A DNA stretch of 64,000 bases from an uncultured cyanobacterium. GTDB taxonomy: Bacteria > Cyanobacteriota > Cyanobacteriia > Phormidesmidales > Phormidesmidaceae. Below the pieces are notes generated by a model. It was not told the DNA's origin and did no database searches. It saw only the letters and a program-made list of their open reading frames with translations. Both the position numbers and the translations under genes were made by a program. This document shows positions 38,892-48,718 of this stretch, piece after piece; position 1 is the stretch's first letter; the number at the start of each line of letters is the position of its first letter. The stretch covers positions 832,001 to 896,000 of the forward strand of contig CAWBZI010000001.1 in the NCBI GenBank assembly GCA_963793265.1, given 5' to 3'.

Positions 38892-40592
38892 TTAGAGCAG
38901 TAATAAAAACGGCCAAACCAGATTGAACGACCTAGCAAATCCACTGATACTGTCATCAAAGGCAGCCTTTCCAGAGCGACCGACAACGATGACATCATTC
39001 GGACGTAAGATAGGGTTGGTTTCAGGATTGATATCTTGGGAAAGATCAATATCTATATCTTGTCTATCAACAGTGCCATTCGGATTAAAGCGAACCAGCG
39101 TCGCTTCCGACCGCGCTCTTCTGTTCACGCCTCCTGATGCTAATAAGGCTTGATTGAAGGAGGTATTAGCACTTACTTCTAGCTGTCCGGGACTTTCAAC
39201 TTCGCCAACAACGTTAACTTGAATCGTTCCAGAAGAAAGACTAGAGGCTGCCAGTGAAGTCAAATCATCAACAGATAATTCAGATGCAGTGGGTACTAGC
39301 AGCGTATCTCCCTGCTGAAGCACAAGGTCTTGGCTCAAGTCACCATTCTGAAGCAGTGACCACAGATTTATATCAAATACCTGCTCTGTACCCTGGCGAG
39401 TTTGACGGCGCAGTTGAACCTTTCTGAGGTCGGCTGAAGCAGTAATTCCACCAGCCTTTTGAAGTGCCTGCACTAGAGTAGCGCTCCCGCCCTCAGAGGT
39501 CATTCTATAGGGGCCAGGCTGCGTGACTTCGCCAATAACGGCAATATCAACCGGCTGATTTGTATTAGCGCGAAGATTTGAGCCCGCTAGCTGATCTAAC
39601 GCCACTCTATCTAGCTGAGTAGAAGAAGGAATCACAATAGCATCACCATCTTGCAAAAATATATTTTGGTCAATATCGCCATTCTGCAAGAGAGACAACA
39701 AATCTATTCTACTTATCGTCCGAGTGCCATTTGAATCCTTGCGCCTAACTTCAATCTGTGTGAGGTTTGCCGCCTGCGTAACACCACCAGCCTGCTGAAG
39801 CGCCTGAAACAATCTAGGATGCTCTTGCCCGGTACCGCTCAGCGTGTAAAGACCGGGTTGAACAATCTCTCCTGATATGGCAACTTGTAGTGGTCGCTGT
39901 TGAATGACATTGATAGTGACAATGGGCGACTGAAGCTGAGATAAGTAGAGAGAGGCGATCATCTCTGCCGCCTGACCTACACTCAATCCTCTGATATTAG
40001 TTCTACCAATTAGAGGCAAATTGATCGTGCCGCCCGTAGAGATGCGATGCTGTCCGCTGTATTCAGGGACGTTAAAAAAATCAACCGAGATGATATCGCC
40101 TGCGCCTAATACATAGTTCTCATCTACGCCAGCACTTAATAGCGAGAAACCATCTAGCTGATTCGCGTCTAGTAATACTTCTGACGCATCGGGTTCTGCT
40201 GTCTCTACAGAACTCTCTAAAAGAGACTGAGCAACAACTCTTCTGATCTGGGTTTGGCTGGGTTCAGTTACCGAGAAAGAAATTACATTTTGATCGAGAG
40301 AGCCCATCGGCAATAGGTCGAGCGCTGTAGAAGTATGTAGCACCTGAGGAGAAGCTACATGTCCTAAAGAGGGTAAGTAAAAGTTTGGCGCAGGCGGATC
40401 GCTAAGCAGCGGTTGTGCTTGAGATTTGAAGTCATCCACCGTCGCTTTAGCAATGAACGCTTCAGTCCTGCTGATAGCTTCAGGGGGTAGCGTGTCTGAA
40501 TTAGCCGCGCTCAAGGCCTCAGCACTACACCAGAACCAAGCCAGCATTCCAGCACTGGTGAAGCCCAACGTAAGTAATGGAGATATACGCAT
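38892..40592 (-). CDS. wza: Polysaccharide export protein with multiple SLBB domains (Wza-like)
   Basis: YVLGAGDIISVDFFNVPEYSG...GTINLPLIG; three GE(I/V)..PG SLBB repeats. Confidence 0.92.
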   Translation of the reverse strand: MRISPLLTLGFTSAGMLAWFWCSAEALSAANSDTLPPEAISRTEAFIAKATVDDFKSQAQPLLSDPPAPNFYLPSLGHVASPQVLHTSTALDLLPMGSLDQNVISFSVTEPSQTQIRRVVAQSLLESSVETAEPDASEVLLDANQLDGFSLLSAGVDENYVLGAGDIISVDFFNVPEYSGQHRISTGGTINLPLIGRTNIRGLSVGQAAEMIASLYLSQLQSPIVTINVIQQRPLQVAISGEIVQPGLYTLSGTGQEHPRLFQALQQAGGVTQAANLTQIEVRRKDSNGTRTISRIDLLSLLQNGDIDQNIFLQDGDAIVIPSSTQLDRVALDQLAGSNLRANTNQPVDIAVIGEVTQPGPYRMTSEGGSATLVQALQKAGGITASADLRKVQLRRQTRQGTEQVFDINLWSLLQNGDLSQDLVLQQGDTLLVPTASELSVDDLTSLAASSLSSGTIQVNVVGEVESPGQLEVSANTSFNQALLASGGVNRRARSEATLVRFNPNGTVDRQDIDIDLSQDINPETNPILRPNDVIVVGRSGKAAFDDSISGFARSFNLVWPFLLLL

Positions 40593-41194
40593 AGGAAAAC
40601 ACTTCTACTAAATAAGCGACTACAAAACTGACTAGCAAAACCTGACGGATGCACATTAGAGAGTGCGCTACCCTGCCTCACCCGGAGATCAACATCGTTT
40701 TTCCTATCTCTCTTTCTAGGTGTTGCCCTACTTATACGTAGAGAGAACAACTATATATTCAGCATAAAAGTACTGAACCCGGCTATTTCACCTACGTATT
40801 AATGCGCAAATAGGTGATTTTTGTAAGAACCGTGTAAGGCGAATATGCGCAAGCATAAAGAAACAACCTTGTTTATACGGAAATACCCCAAAGCACAAAA
40901 GCATAGAGTTAGTATTTATACATGGTCGGAGCGGAAATCACGGATGCCTACCACGCATCAAAAGAATCGAAACAATCGCTTCTTAACGATGCTATAGGCT
41001 CTCTTGAGCTAGCGCCTCACCAATAAACTCAATAGCTCACAAAAAACAATAAAAGATGCTGCTAATACTATTCCCTATAGTTTCAGCGTATTTGAATTAA
41101 GAGCTACACAAGATTTCATTGCGTGAATCTACCAAGGGTTTAGGCTACCAAGATTAAATCCAACCCATACGTAACAAAGACGGAATAAAGGAAC

Positions 41195-41851
41195 ATGACA
41201 CTTAAGAACTTCACAAAAACAGCAGCGATCGCAGCAACAGTACTATTAGGGGCATTAATTAGCGCTAGTCCAGCTAAAGCACTCAGCATGGGCGACACCT
41301 TAAATTTCAGTACAGATCCTAACAGTAACTCTAACCTCGCAACCCTAACAGACGACGGCAACGGTTTCTTCAGCTTTGATGCAGGCGTTCTTCAGATAGA
41401 CCAAGCCTCTCCCTTTGGAGCTGTCGGTGATACTATCACCGATGCCATCCTGACCCTTCAGCAAGTAGCTACCCACGCAAACGCGATCGCTTCGTATGAG
41501 CTAGTAGACAGTAACGTCCTTTGGCTCTCTGGATTGAGTGATGATATGGGTGGCTCAAGCCGTAGATATACCCTCACCAAGTTCATTCTCAATCAAGAGA
41601 GCCAGCCACTCTCTAACGGTTCATTCGCATTCACTGCAGCCACAGACGGCTTTATCCAACCACCCACACCAGGCGTGCAAGGTATTGGCGGTCTAGGCGG
41701 CTTCGGTGGGCTCAGTTCTGATGGCTCTACTGTCGCTGGTAGCGTTGCTGTAGTCCCCACACCAGCAGCCGTTCTACCGGGGCTGATGGGATTAGGCACA
41801 GCAGCTTTCCGCAAGAAAAAGAAAGAAGGCGAAGAAGAGATAGCAGTGTAG
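41195..41851 (+). CDS. Secreted protein with a PTPA-CTERM (PEP-CTERM variant) sorting signal
   Basis: Signal peptide ending PAKA; C-terminal VPTPAAVLPGLMGLGTAAF followed by basic RKKKK. Confidence 0.9.
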   Translation: MTLKNFTKTAAIAATVLLGALISASPAKALSMGDTLNFSTDPNSNSNLATLTDDGNGFFSFDAGVLQIDQASPFGAVGDTITDAILTLQQVATHANAIASYELVDSNVLWLSGLSDDMGGSSRRYTLTKFILNQESQPLSNGSFAFTAATDGFIQPPTPGVQGIGGLGGFGGLSSDGSTVAGSVAVVPTPAAVLPGLMGLGTAAFRKKKKEGEEEIAV

Positions 41852-41892
41852 GCGATTAGAAAGGGTAGAGTTCGAGAACAAGTCACCAATAC

Positions 41893-41940
41893 AAGCGGAC
41901 GTTCTGCCTAATAGATGGCGGAACGTCCGCTTTCTACTTT
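41893..41940 (+). terminator. Rho-independent terminator after the PTPA-CTERM gene
   Basis: AAGCGGACGTTCTGCC-N8-GGCGGAACGTCCGCTT followed by TCTACTTT. Confidence 0.85.
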
Positions 41941-42037
41941 GTGCCCTAACAGATTTCATTTACAGCATCGGCACAGTCTGAAATTGCAGATTTTCCGTAT
42001 CGGATCGGAGGACTTAAGGGTTGAACTGGGATATATA

Positions 42038-42067
42038 TTCATATACCAACTTTTCATATACCAACTT
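42038..42067. repeat. 15-bp perfect tandem duplication
   Basis: TTCATATACCAACTT x2, with degenerate copies following up to the ATG at 42098. Confidence 0.85.
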
Positions 42068-42097
42068 TTTCGTATTACCCAAACCCTCATTCCAACT

Positions 42098-42715
42098 ATG
42101 ACTTATATCTCGGCACCTGCGCCCGGTCAAGCTGACGCTACCTATGGCATAAAAAACGTTTGTAGAATCATTGGGTTCGTCTGCATCTTTGGATTCCTCT
42201 TCGATATAATCCTCCTAGGGTTGCCGCCACAAAGCAGTATCGAATGGCGTATCGGCTTTGTTCAAGAATTTGCTAACCGCAGTATTATCTTTCTATTTGG
42301 AATGGCGCTGGTAGTCTTCGGCAGCATCGGCAGGAACAAAAGCCGAGTCAAGCTGATTTCTAAGCTATCTATGGGAATCGGCATATTCTTCTTCTTACTG
42401 TGCTTCCTATCAGTGGTCGATAGCATCAAAATGAGTAAGCAAGCAACAACTAATATTAGCGCTCAAGAATCTCAAATTCAAACGCAGATCAGAGAGGCAA
42501 AGGCCAACCCAGCGGGGCTTCCTGAAAACGTAGCACTGGATGATTTAGAACAGTTTTCGCGTCAGCTCACCCAACAAGCCGACTCCCTTAAGAAAAACAC
42601 AAAGCGAACTGTGTTTAAGACAGGAATCTCAAACATTGGCAACTTATTTATAGTTGGTGTGGGGCTGCTTGGATTAGGTCGTTCTGGGATGAAGCTTTCT
42701 AGAACGAGAGGATAA
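42098..42715 (+). CDS. HpsJ-like membrane protein (exosortase-associated)
   Basis: Three N-terminal TM segments (EWRIGFVQEFANRSIIFLFG), a Q-rich coiled coil, and a C-terminal TM (GVGLLGLGR); likely start 42098. Confidence 0.75.
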   Translation: MTYISAPAPGQADATYGIKNVCRIIGFVCIFGFLFDIILLGLPPQSSIEWRIGFVQEFANRSIIFLFGMALVVFGSIGRNKSRVKLISKLSMGIGIFFFLLCFLSVVDSIKMSKQATTNISAQESQIQTQIREAKANPAGLPENVALDDLEQFSRQLTQQADSLKKNTKRTVFKTGISNIGNLFIVGVGLLGLGRSGMKLSRTRG

Positions 42716-42721
42716 GCCAGA

Positions 42722-43627
42722 ATGAACATAAGATTTCCAATTAGCAGTTTTCAAAGCTTTCTACGATGGGGACTAAAAAATTATCACAATCGTTTGGTCA
42801 CTGCCGGACTTTTCATTGGTCTGGTTTTCTGGCCACTCTGGCTGTACGACATTATCATAGGCACTTTTCACGGCGCGGCTAGCCTACTGCTACTGTCTGC
42901 CTTCGCCTTAGGTGTCTATCAGCTTTGGCTACAGCGAAACTCACTAGGCAAGCTTGCGGCAAATAGTGAAGACATATGGCTAGGACACACCATCATTCTG
43001 ATGGGCATCGGAGCCACACCCCTTTGTGCGTTCGCAGAATGGTCTCAGAAAGTAATCTGGCTAATGATCTTATCTGGAATCGCCCTCAGCACGTGGGGCA
43101 CCGCGTTCTTCACCAAGCATCTAGCCCCCACTTTCTTAATCGCAATCGGGCTGTTTCCCCAGCCAACGACTGTAGGGAAAGCAGTGTGGGAAGTGTTTAC
43201 GCCACCAGAGATGCTGGAACGATTTATGGCTTGGAGCGGGGCCACCGGTCTAAATCTAATCAGACAACCTGCCGTATCTGACTGGACATATATCTCACTT
43301 GCCGGAAGTACTGTTCGCGTGGATTGGGGATGTAGTGGATACGACTTGGCTTGCATTGCAGCAGTAGCCAGCCTGCTTATGGCGCTTTTCTTTAAGCAGT
43401 CATTCGCCAAATCATGCGTAATTATTCTGTTGGGAATTGCGTTAGCACTAATTGCTAACGTTCCTAGAATCATGTTAATGACTATGGCAGAATCGTATTG
43501 GGGCCCCGAGTCTTTCGAGTTTTGGCACGGATTTTGGGGTGGACAGATCTTCCTATCTATCTTATTCACAGCACACTACTACGCTGTAATGGCAGTCGTA
43601 AAACAGAGTTCTGTCAAAGCCTTATAA
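42722..43627 (+). CDS. crtC: Cyanobacterial exosortase (probably the cyanoexosortase C type)
   Basis: Multi-TM protein with the exosortase Cys/Arg/His residues: VRVDWGCSG, ANVPRI, FWHGFWGG. The subtype is inferred from the PTPA-CTERM neighbour. Confidence 0.8.
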   Translation: MNIRFPISSFQSFLRWGLKNYHNRLVTAGLFIGLVFWPLWLYDIIIGTFHGAASLLLLSAFALGVYQLWLQRNSLGKLAANSEDIWLGHTIILMGIGATPLCAFAEWSQKVIWLMILSGIALSTWGTAFFTKHLAPTFLIAIGLFPQPTTVGKAVWEVFTPPEMLERFMAWSGATGLNLIRQPAVSDWTYISLAGSTVRVDWGCSGYDLACIAAVASLLMALFFKQSFAKSCVIILLGIALALIANVPRIMLMTMAESYWGPESFEFWHGFWGGQIFLSILFTAHYYAVMAVVKQSSVKAL

Positions 43628-43737
43628 GCGTACCCTGAGAAAATCTAATAGCTAGCTGCGAACGCACCTTAGCTGCCATCTTGAATAGACTTGCTTCAGC
43701 ATTATCCGAATAATATATAGAAATCATACTGGGAATA

Positions 43738-45546
43738 GTGAAGAAACTCAAATCTGCGATAAGTTCTCCTGCCTATCAGATGATCTTTTCGGTAGCAAAG
43801 CGTAACTGGTTACTGCTAGTTACTAATTTATCTACAAACTTATTAAGTGCCTTTCTAGAAGGTAGCACTTTAGGCATCATCTATCTAGCTGTTTCTGTAC
43901 TTTCTGAAGAGCCAACCGCTCAGTCATCGACAGTAAAAGGAGCGTTAGAACGAATTCCCCTATCTTCTGAGCATGTGTTCTTGGGGTTACTAGGTGCTGC
44001 GGTTTTATTACAAGCTTTGTTGAGCTTGAGCGGCTATCTAAACAAAATAAGCGCAGCATATCTTTCAGCAAAGGCACAGCCTCAAGTAACTGGTAAGGTA
44101 TTTGAGCGAATCATGTCCTTTAGCTTTGGCTGCTCTAGCAGCTACAAGGTAGGGGATTTGGTTATGTTTGCTAGCGATGCAGCTCGAACCGTAGATATTC
44201 AACTGGAACTCATAAATAGTTTTGCGGTTAGCTTATCGTTTGTAGCTATTTATTCTTTCATTTTAGTTGGATTATCACCCTGGCTAGCTTTAGTAGCCGT
44301 TGTGCTGGCGGCTGTGATGATATTGATACAGCGAAACATACTGCCTAGGCTACGCTCAGCCGCACGACAGCTAACTCATGCAGAAGTAGAAACAACCAAA
44401 CATATGACTGAGAATATTCAGGCATTGAGGTTATTACACACTTTTGGAACGCAGCAAAGAGCAACAAAAGAGACGATTAGCAAGCTAAACGACGTACAGC
44501 TACAGCTACAAAAAAGAGCAAAGGTCTTCTATCTCTCAGATCCTATCTTCGAAGTTTTACCGGTAATAGCATTAGCCGTACTTGCAACTTTTGCATATAG
44601 TACTAGCCAGTCAACAGAATCTATCTTGCCCTTGTTGTTAACATTTCTATTAGGGTTACAACGACTGGCAATGCGGCTTAGAGTTGCTTCTAACGTATTC
44701 ACAAAACTAGCAGACGTTAGTGCCAAAATGCGACGGCTTGACAGTATATTGGTTACTCATGACAAACATTTCGCAGTCTCAGGTAGCCAACCTTTTACGC
44801 AGTTAGACACTGATATAAGCTTTGAGGAGGTTAGCCTTGCATACAGTACTGATGATGCACTAGCTCTTCAAAACGTCAGCTTCAACATTCCTAGAAACAA
44901 AGTTACAGCTCTTGTAGGGCAATCAGGAGCAGGTAAATCATCGATTATAGATTTGTTAATTGGCTTATATCAACCTAGCTTAGGTAAAGTCGTTGTCAAT
45001 GGTAAAAGTTTGCATCTATACGATCAGGCACTTTGGCGGCAGCATATTGGAATTGTTAGCCAAGATACGTTTACATTTAATAGCAGTATTTTAGACAATC
45101 TACGCTACGGGCGACCTCAAGCTAGCTTTGAAGAGATTGTGGATGCTGCAAAAGTTGCGCAGGCTCATGAGTTCATTCTTGATTTACCAGACGGTTACGA
45201 CACTATTGTAGGGGAGAGAGGCTACCGACTTTCGGGTGGGCAAAGACAGCGGTTAGCCTTAGCTAGGGCCTTTGTTAAGCAACCTGAAATTTTGATTTTA
45301 GATGAGGCAACAAGCGCGTTAGATAGTGAGTCGGAAAAGCTCATTCAACAAGCTTTAACTGAGTTTCAGAAAAATCGAACGGTGATTACAATAGCTCACC
45401 GCTTATCTACGATTGTAGAGGCCGATAAAATCTTAGTGTTTGAGAAAGGAAAGCTAATTGAGCAAGGAAATCACTATCAGCTAATACTTCAAAAAGGACG
45501 CTATGCTCAGTATTGGAGTTTGCAAACTACAGGTGCAACGGTTTAG
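43738..45546 (+). CDS. ABC transporter permease/ATPase fusion (MsbA/HepA/PglK-like)
   Basis: N-terminal TM domain; GQSGAGKS, LSGGQRQR, ILILDEATSALD, IAHRLST; start at GTG 43738 or ATG 43780. Confidence 0.93.
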   Translation: MKKLKSAISSPAYQMIFSVAKRNWLLLVTNLSTNLLSAFLEGSTLGIIYLAVSVLSEEPTAQSSTVKGALERIPLSSEHVFLGLLGAAVLLQALLSLSGYLNKISAAYLSAKAQPQVTGKVFERIMSFSFGCSSSYKVGDLVMFASDAARTVDIQLELINSFAVSLSFVAIYSFILVGLSPWLALVAVVLAAVMILIQRNILPRLRSAARQLTHAEVETTKHMTENIQALRLLHTFGTQQRATKETISKLNDVQLQLQKRAKVFYLSDPIFEVLPVIALAVLATFAYSTSQSTESILPLLLTFLLGLQRLAMRLRVASNVFTKLADVSAKMRRLDSILVTHDKHFAVSGSQPFTQLDTDISFEEVSLAYSTDDALALQNVSFNIPRNKVTALVGQSGAGKSSIIDLLIGLYQPSLGKVVVNGKSLHLYDQALWRQHIGIVSQDTFTFNSSILDNLRYGRPQASFEEIVDAAKVAQAHEFILDLPDGYDTIVGERGYRLSGGQRQRLALARAFVKQPEILILDEATSALDSESEKLIQQALTEFQKNRTVITIAHRLSTIVEADKILVFEKGKLIEQGNHYQLILQKGRYAQYWSLQTTGATV

Positions 45547-45620
45547 TAACCCATTGAGATCAGAAGTGCAAAAAAACTAATATTACGACTCACGACTTCT
45601 AAAAATCTATTGGCAAGAAC

Positions 45621-46583
45621 ATGACATCGCTATCAAGTGAGCCAGACCAACCTCTCATTAGTATTATTACGCCTAGCTTCAATCAAGGCCAGTTTATCGA
45701 AGAAACTATTCGTTCAGTAACAGAACAAAGCTATTCTAATATTGAATATATTATTATTGACGGTGGCAGTACCGACAATACGGTGGAGGTTATTAAAAAG
45801 TACGAATCGAGAATTTCTTATTGGATAAGCGAGCCTGATCGCGGACAGACTCACGCCATAAACAAAGGACTGGCTATTGCTACAGGAAGTATTGTTGCAT
45901 ACATTAACAGCGATGACTTTTATTTGCCAGGTGCGCTTCAATCCGTAGCTAAGTACTTCGTCGAAAATCCAGAAACAGACTTACTGCATGGCCGATGTAG
46001 GTATGTAGACGAGCAAGGCCATAAAATTGGCGACCAGTTCGGCAATATTCAGTCTACTTCAGAAATGTTAGACATTTGGGATATCTGGTGGAAGGGCAGG
46101 CAGTTCGTGCAGCCTGAGGTGTTTTGGTCGCGCCGCATCAGTGACAAGATAGGAGGCTTTTGCGAAAGACTCAACTACGTGATGGACTACGATTACTGGC
46201 TAAGAATATTTCATGCACAGGGATGCATAAGAAGTTTAGACAGAGAGCTTACTAGCTTCCGATTCACACAAGAACAAAAGTCGAATCAAAAGGAAGATGT
46301 AGCAGTAGAGTTGTTAGAGCTGATAAAGCCATGGCTGTGGAGCAATAAGCTAGTATTACCGACCAGAACAAAAATTCGACTACAGGCGCAGTGGCTCTAT
46401 CAAGTAGAGTTCCTGGCAAAGGTTCAGAACTCGTTGAACAACAATGATGCTAAGTTGATGCGCTGGATACGCCTAGGGCTAGCTGTTTTTAGCCATCCTA
46501 AGATGCTGGTTTCTCCTCAGTTTATTCGTAGAATTGAAACTTCGCTTCTAAAGGGAAAGAAGCGCTCTTTTGCTAGCGAGTAA
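45621..46583 (+). CDS. Glycosyltransferase family 2 (WcaE-like)
   Basis: SIITPSFNQ, IDGGSTD, EPDRGQTHAINKG, INSDD, MDYDYW. Confidence 0.93.
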   Translation: MTSLSSEPDQPLISIITPSFNQGQFIEETIRSVTEQSYSNIEYIIIDGGSTDNTVEVIKKYESRISYWISEPDRGQTHAINKGLAIATGSIVAYINSDDFYLPGALQSVAKYFVENPETDLLHGRCRYVDEQGHKIGDQFGNIQSTSEMLDIWDIWWKGRQFVQPEVFWSRRISDKIGGFCERLNYVMDYDYWLRIFHAQGCIRSLDRELTSFRFTQEQKSNQKEDVAVELLELIKPWLWSNKLVLPTRTKIRLQAQWLYQVEFLAKVQNSLNNNDAKLMRWIRLGLAVFSHPKMLVSPQFIRRIETSLLKGKKRSFASE

Positions 46584-46716
46584 TAGGGAAAGGAAAAGCT
46601 GCCTTCCAGTATCAATTACCGTCGCTACAGCAAGCCTAATGGGAATTATATGGTTAGTGAATTTTAAATGAAAAGCTTTTGTGTGAGAACTAATAACCTT
46701 TATCTATATAACTGAT

Positions 46717-47631
46717 ATGTCTTTAGGAAGTATGGCGTTAAAAGTACGCCAAAAGTACAAGCATGGTATCAAAGTCGCCTACTATCGTGATGTTGTGCGT
46801 CCTCGTATACTTGAAACTTGTCCTATTGCTAATACAACTAGCTCAGCGTGTGAAATTCACGTTTTTACTTCGTCTAAAGACTGGATGAACCTTGTTTGGG
46901 CTTTGAAGTCGTTTTACTGGGCTTCAGAGCAAGATTTTTCATTATGTATTCACGATGATGGCACGCTTGAGATAGAACACAAAGAGATTCTGCGACAACA
47001 CTTTCCACAAGCGAGAGTAATCGAAAGACAAGATGCTGACAAGCGTGTGCTCAATGAGCTAAAAGACTATCCTAGATGCTTTGAGTTTAGGAAGACAAAC
47101 CAGCTATCGCCTAAAGTGTTTGACTTTGCTAGCTATCTTGAGAGCGATCGCATGCTACTCATCGATAGCGACGTTCTTTTCTTTGCAAAGCCCAGCGCAC
47201 TACTCGAACGCATTGACTCTTCTAGCTACCACCTCAATACCGTCAACGGCGATACAGCTAGCGCCTATACCGTTGATCCAACCGTTGTCAAAGAGCGGTC
47301 TGGATTTGAAATGGTCGAACGGTTCAACTCTGGATTAGGGCTAATTCACAAAAAATCTATGAATCTTGACTGGTTTGAAGAGTTCTTAGGCTTGCCAGAT
47401 ATTATTGGACACTTTTGGCGTATTGAACAAACACTATACGCGCTCTGTAGCTCGAGATTTGGCGCAGAACTCTTGCCACCTGCTTACGACGTTCATCTAG
47501 AAGGCACCATCAGCGGAGCGCCTAGCCGACACTACATCGGAGCAGTTCGTCACTTGATGTATGGCGAGGGCATGAATCGACTTGTGAAGCAGGGTTTTCT
47601 AAAAGACATCAAGCTAGCAGCGTCAAATTGA
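46717..47631 (+). CDS. Putative GT-A fold glycosyltransferase (GT8-like)
   Basis: HDDG, LLIDSDVLF (DxD), FNSGL, EQT, RHY. Confidence 0.6.
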   Translation: MSLGSMALKVRQKYKHGIKVAYYRDVVRPRILETCPIANTTSSACEIHVFTSSKDWMNLVWALKSFYWASEQDFSLCIHDDGTLEIEHKEILRQHFPQARVIERQDADKRVLNELKDYPRCFEFRKTNQLSPKVFDFASYLESDRMLLIDSDVLFFAKPSALLERIDSSSYHLNTVNGDTASAYTVDPTVVKERSGFEMVERFNSGLGLIHKKSMNLDWFEEFLGLPDIIGHFWRIEQTLYALCSSRFGAELLPPAYDVHLEGTISGAPSRHYIGAVRHLMYGEGMNRLVKQGFLKDIKLAASN

Positions 47632-47632
47632 A

Positions 47633-48718
47633 ATGCTTTTAGACCAGACACCTCTTCAAGTGTTGATAATGCCCGACTATCGTGCAGATAATCCCTATCA
47701 AAGCCTACTGTCAAATGCACTGCAAGCGAAAGGGGCTGAGGTTCGGTTTCCGCTTGGATATCGTCGAATCTTTCCACTTTTTAGAGAGAAACAATCTGCT
47801 ACTTCAGCGATCAACGTGCTGCATATCCATTGGATTGATCAATACATAAAAGGGGAGACTTGGCTGATCAAGCTAGCGTATGGCATTAAGTTTCTACTGG
47901 ATGTTTTACTTGTGAAAATATCGGGTTGTAGGGTTGTCTGGACTATTCACAATACGGTATCTCACAACGCTAAGTTTCCTCGAGTAGAGCTTTGGATACA
48001 GCAAAAACTTATTCGGCTAGTACACAGCGTAATTGTTCATAATCGGGCGGCATTAGAGGAGGTTTCTACTGCCTATCGCTTTGATAAGGATAAGGCGAGT
48101 GTCATTCCACACGGTCACTATCGCAATATATACAAGCCAGCGATAGAGGCTACTCAGGCGCGAAGCGTCTTAGGACTGCCTGAGCAGGGCCGGGTGTACC
48201 TAAATCTTGGGATGCTGAAGCCTTATAAAGGTATAGAAAGCCTATTGCGTACCTGGTCGAAACAAGAGGGTAATCGCACGTTGTTAATTGTAGGCAAAGC
48301 CCAAAACGAAGAATATGGCCGGGCGCTACTACAGCAAGCACAAGCGATTCCTAGCGTGATCTTGAGAAATGGATTTGTTGAAGATGATCAGCTACATCTT
48401 TACTTCAGTGCGGCAGACGTTGTGCTGCTGCCGTTCAATAAAATTTTGACCTCTGGCAGCCTAATTTTAGCTATGTCGTATGGAAAACCTGTCATAGCAC
48501 CTAATATAGGCAGCATTTCAGAAACCTTAGGCGAAGCAACTACTTTGCTATACGACAGCAAAGACTTGGGCGGGCTGAGTAAAGCAATTGAAGCTAGTGC
48601 AAACACTTGTTTGAAGACAATCGAGCGACAGGTTGTAGCAGCGTGCGATCGCCTATCGTGGCGATACATCGCCGAAGAGACTTACAAACTTTACCGGCCT
48701 AAGAACCATGCTGCCTAA
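47633..48718 (+). CDS. Glycosyltransferase family 4 (GumI-like)
   Basis: NPYQSLL, LHIHW, WTIHN, IPHGHY, KPYKGIE, TSGSLILAMSYGKPVI. Confidence 0.88.
   Translation: MLLDQTPLQVLIMPDYRADNPYQSLLSNALQAKGAEVRFPLGYRRIFPLFREKQSATSAINVLHIHWIDQYIKGETWLIKLAYGIKFLLDVLLVKISGCRVVWTIHNTVSHNAKFPRVELWIQQKLIRLVHSVIVHNRAALEEVSTAYRFDKDKASVIPHGHYRNIYKPAIEATQARSVLGLPEQGRVYLNLGMLKPYKGIESLLRTWSKQEGNRTLLIVGKAQNEEYGRALLQQAQAIPSVILRNGFVEDDQLHLYFSAADVVLLPFNKILTSGSLILAMSYGKPVIAPNIGSISETLGEATTLLYDSKDLGGLSKAIEASANTCLKTIERQVVAACDRLSWRYIAEETYKLYRPKNHAA

Noticed and set aside
41915..42097. Longer N-terminus of the HpsJ-like ORF
   Set aside because: It begins inside the terminator hairpin and runs through the tandem repeat; ATG 42098 is more plausible.
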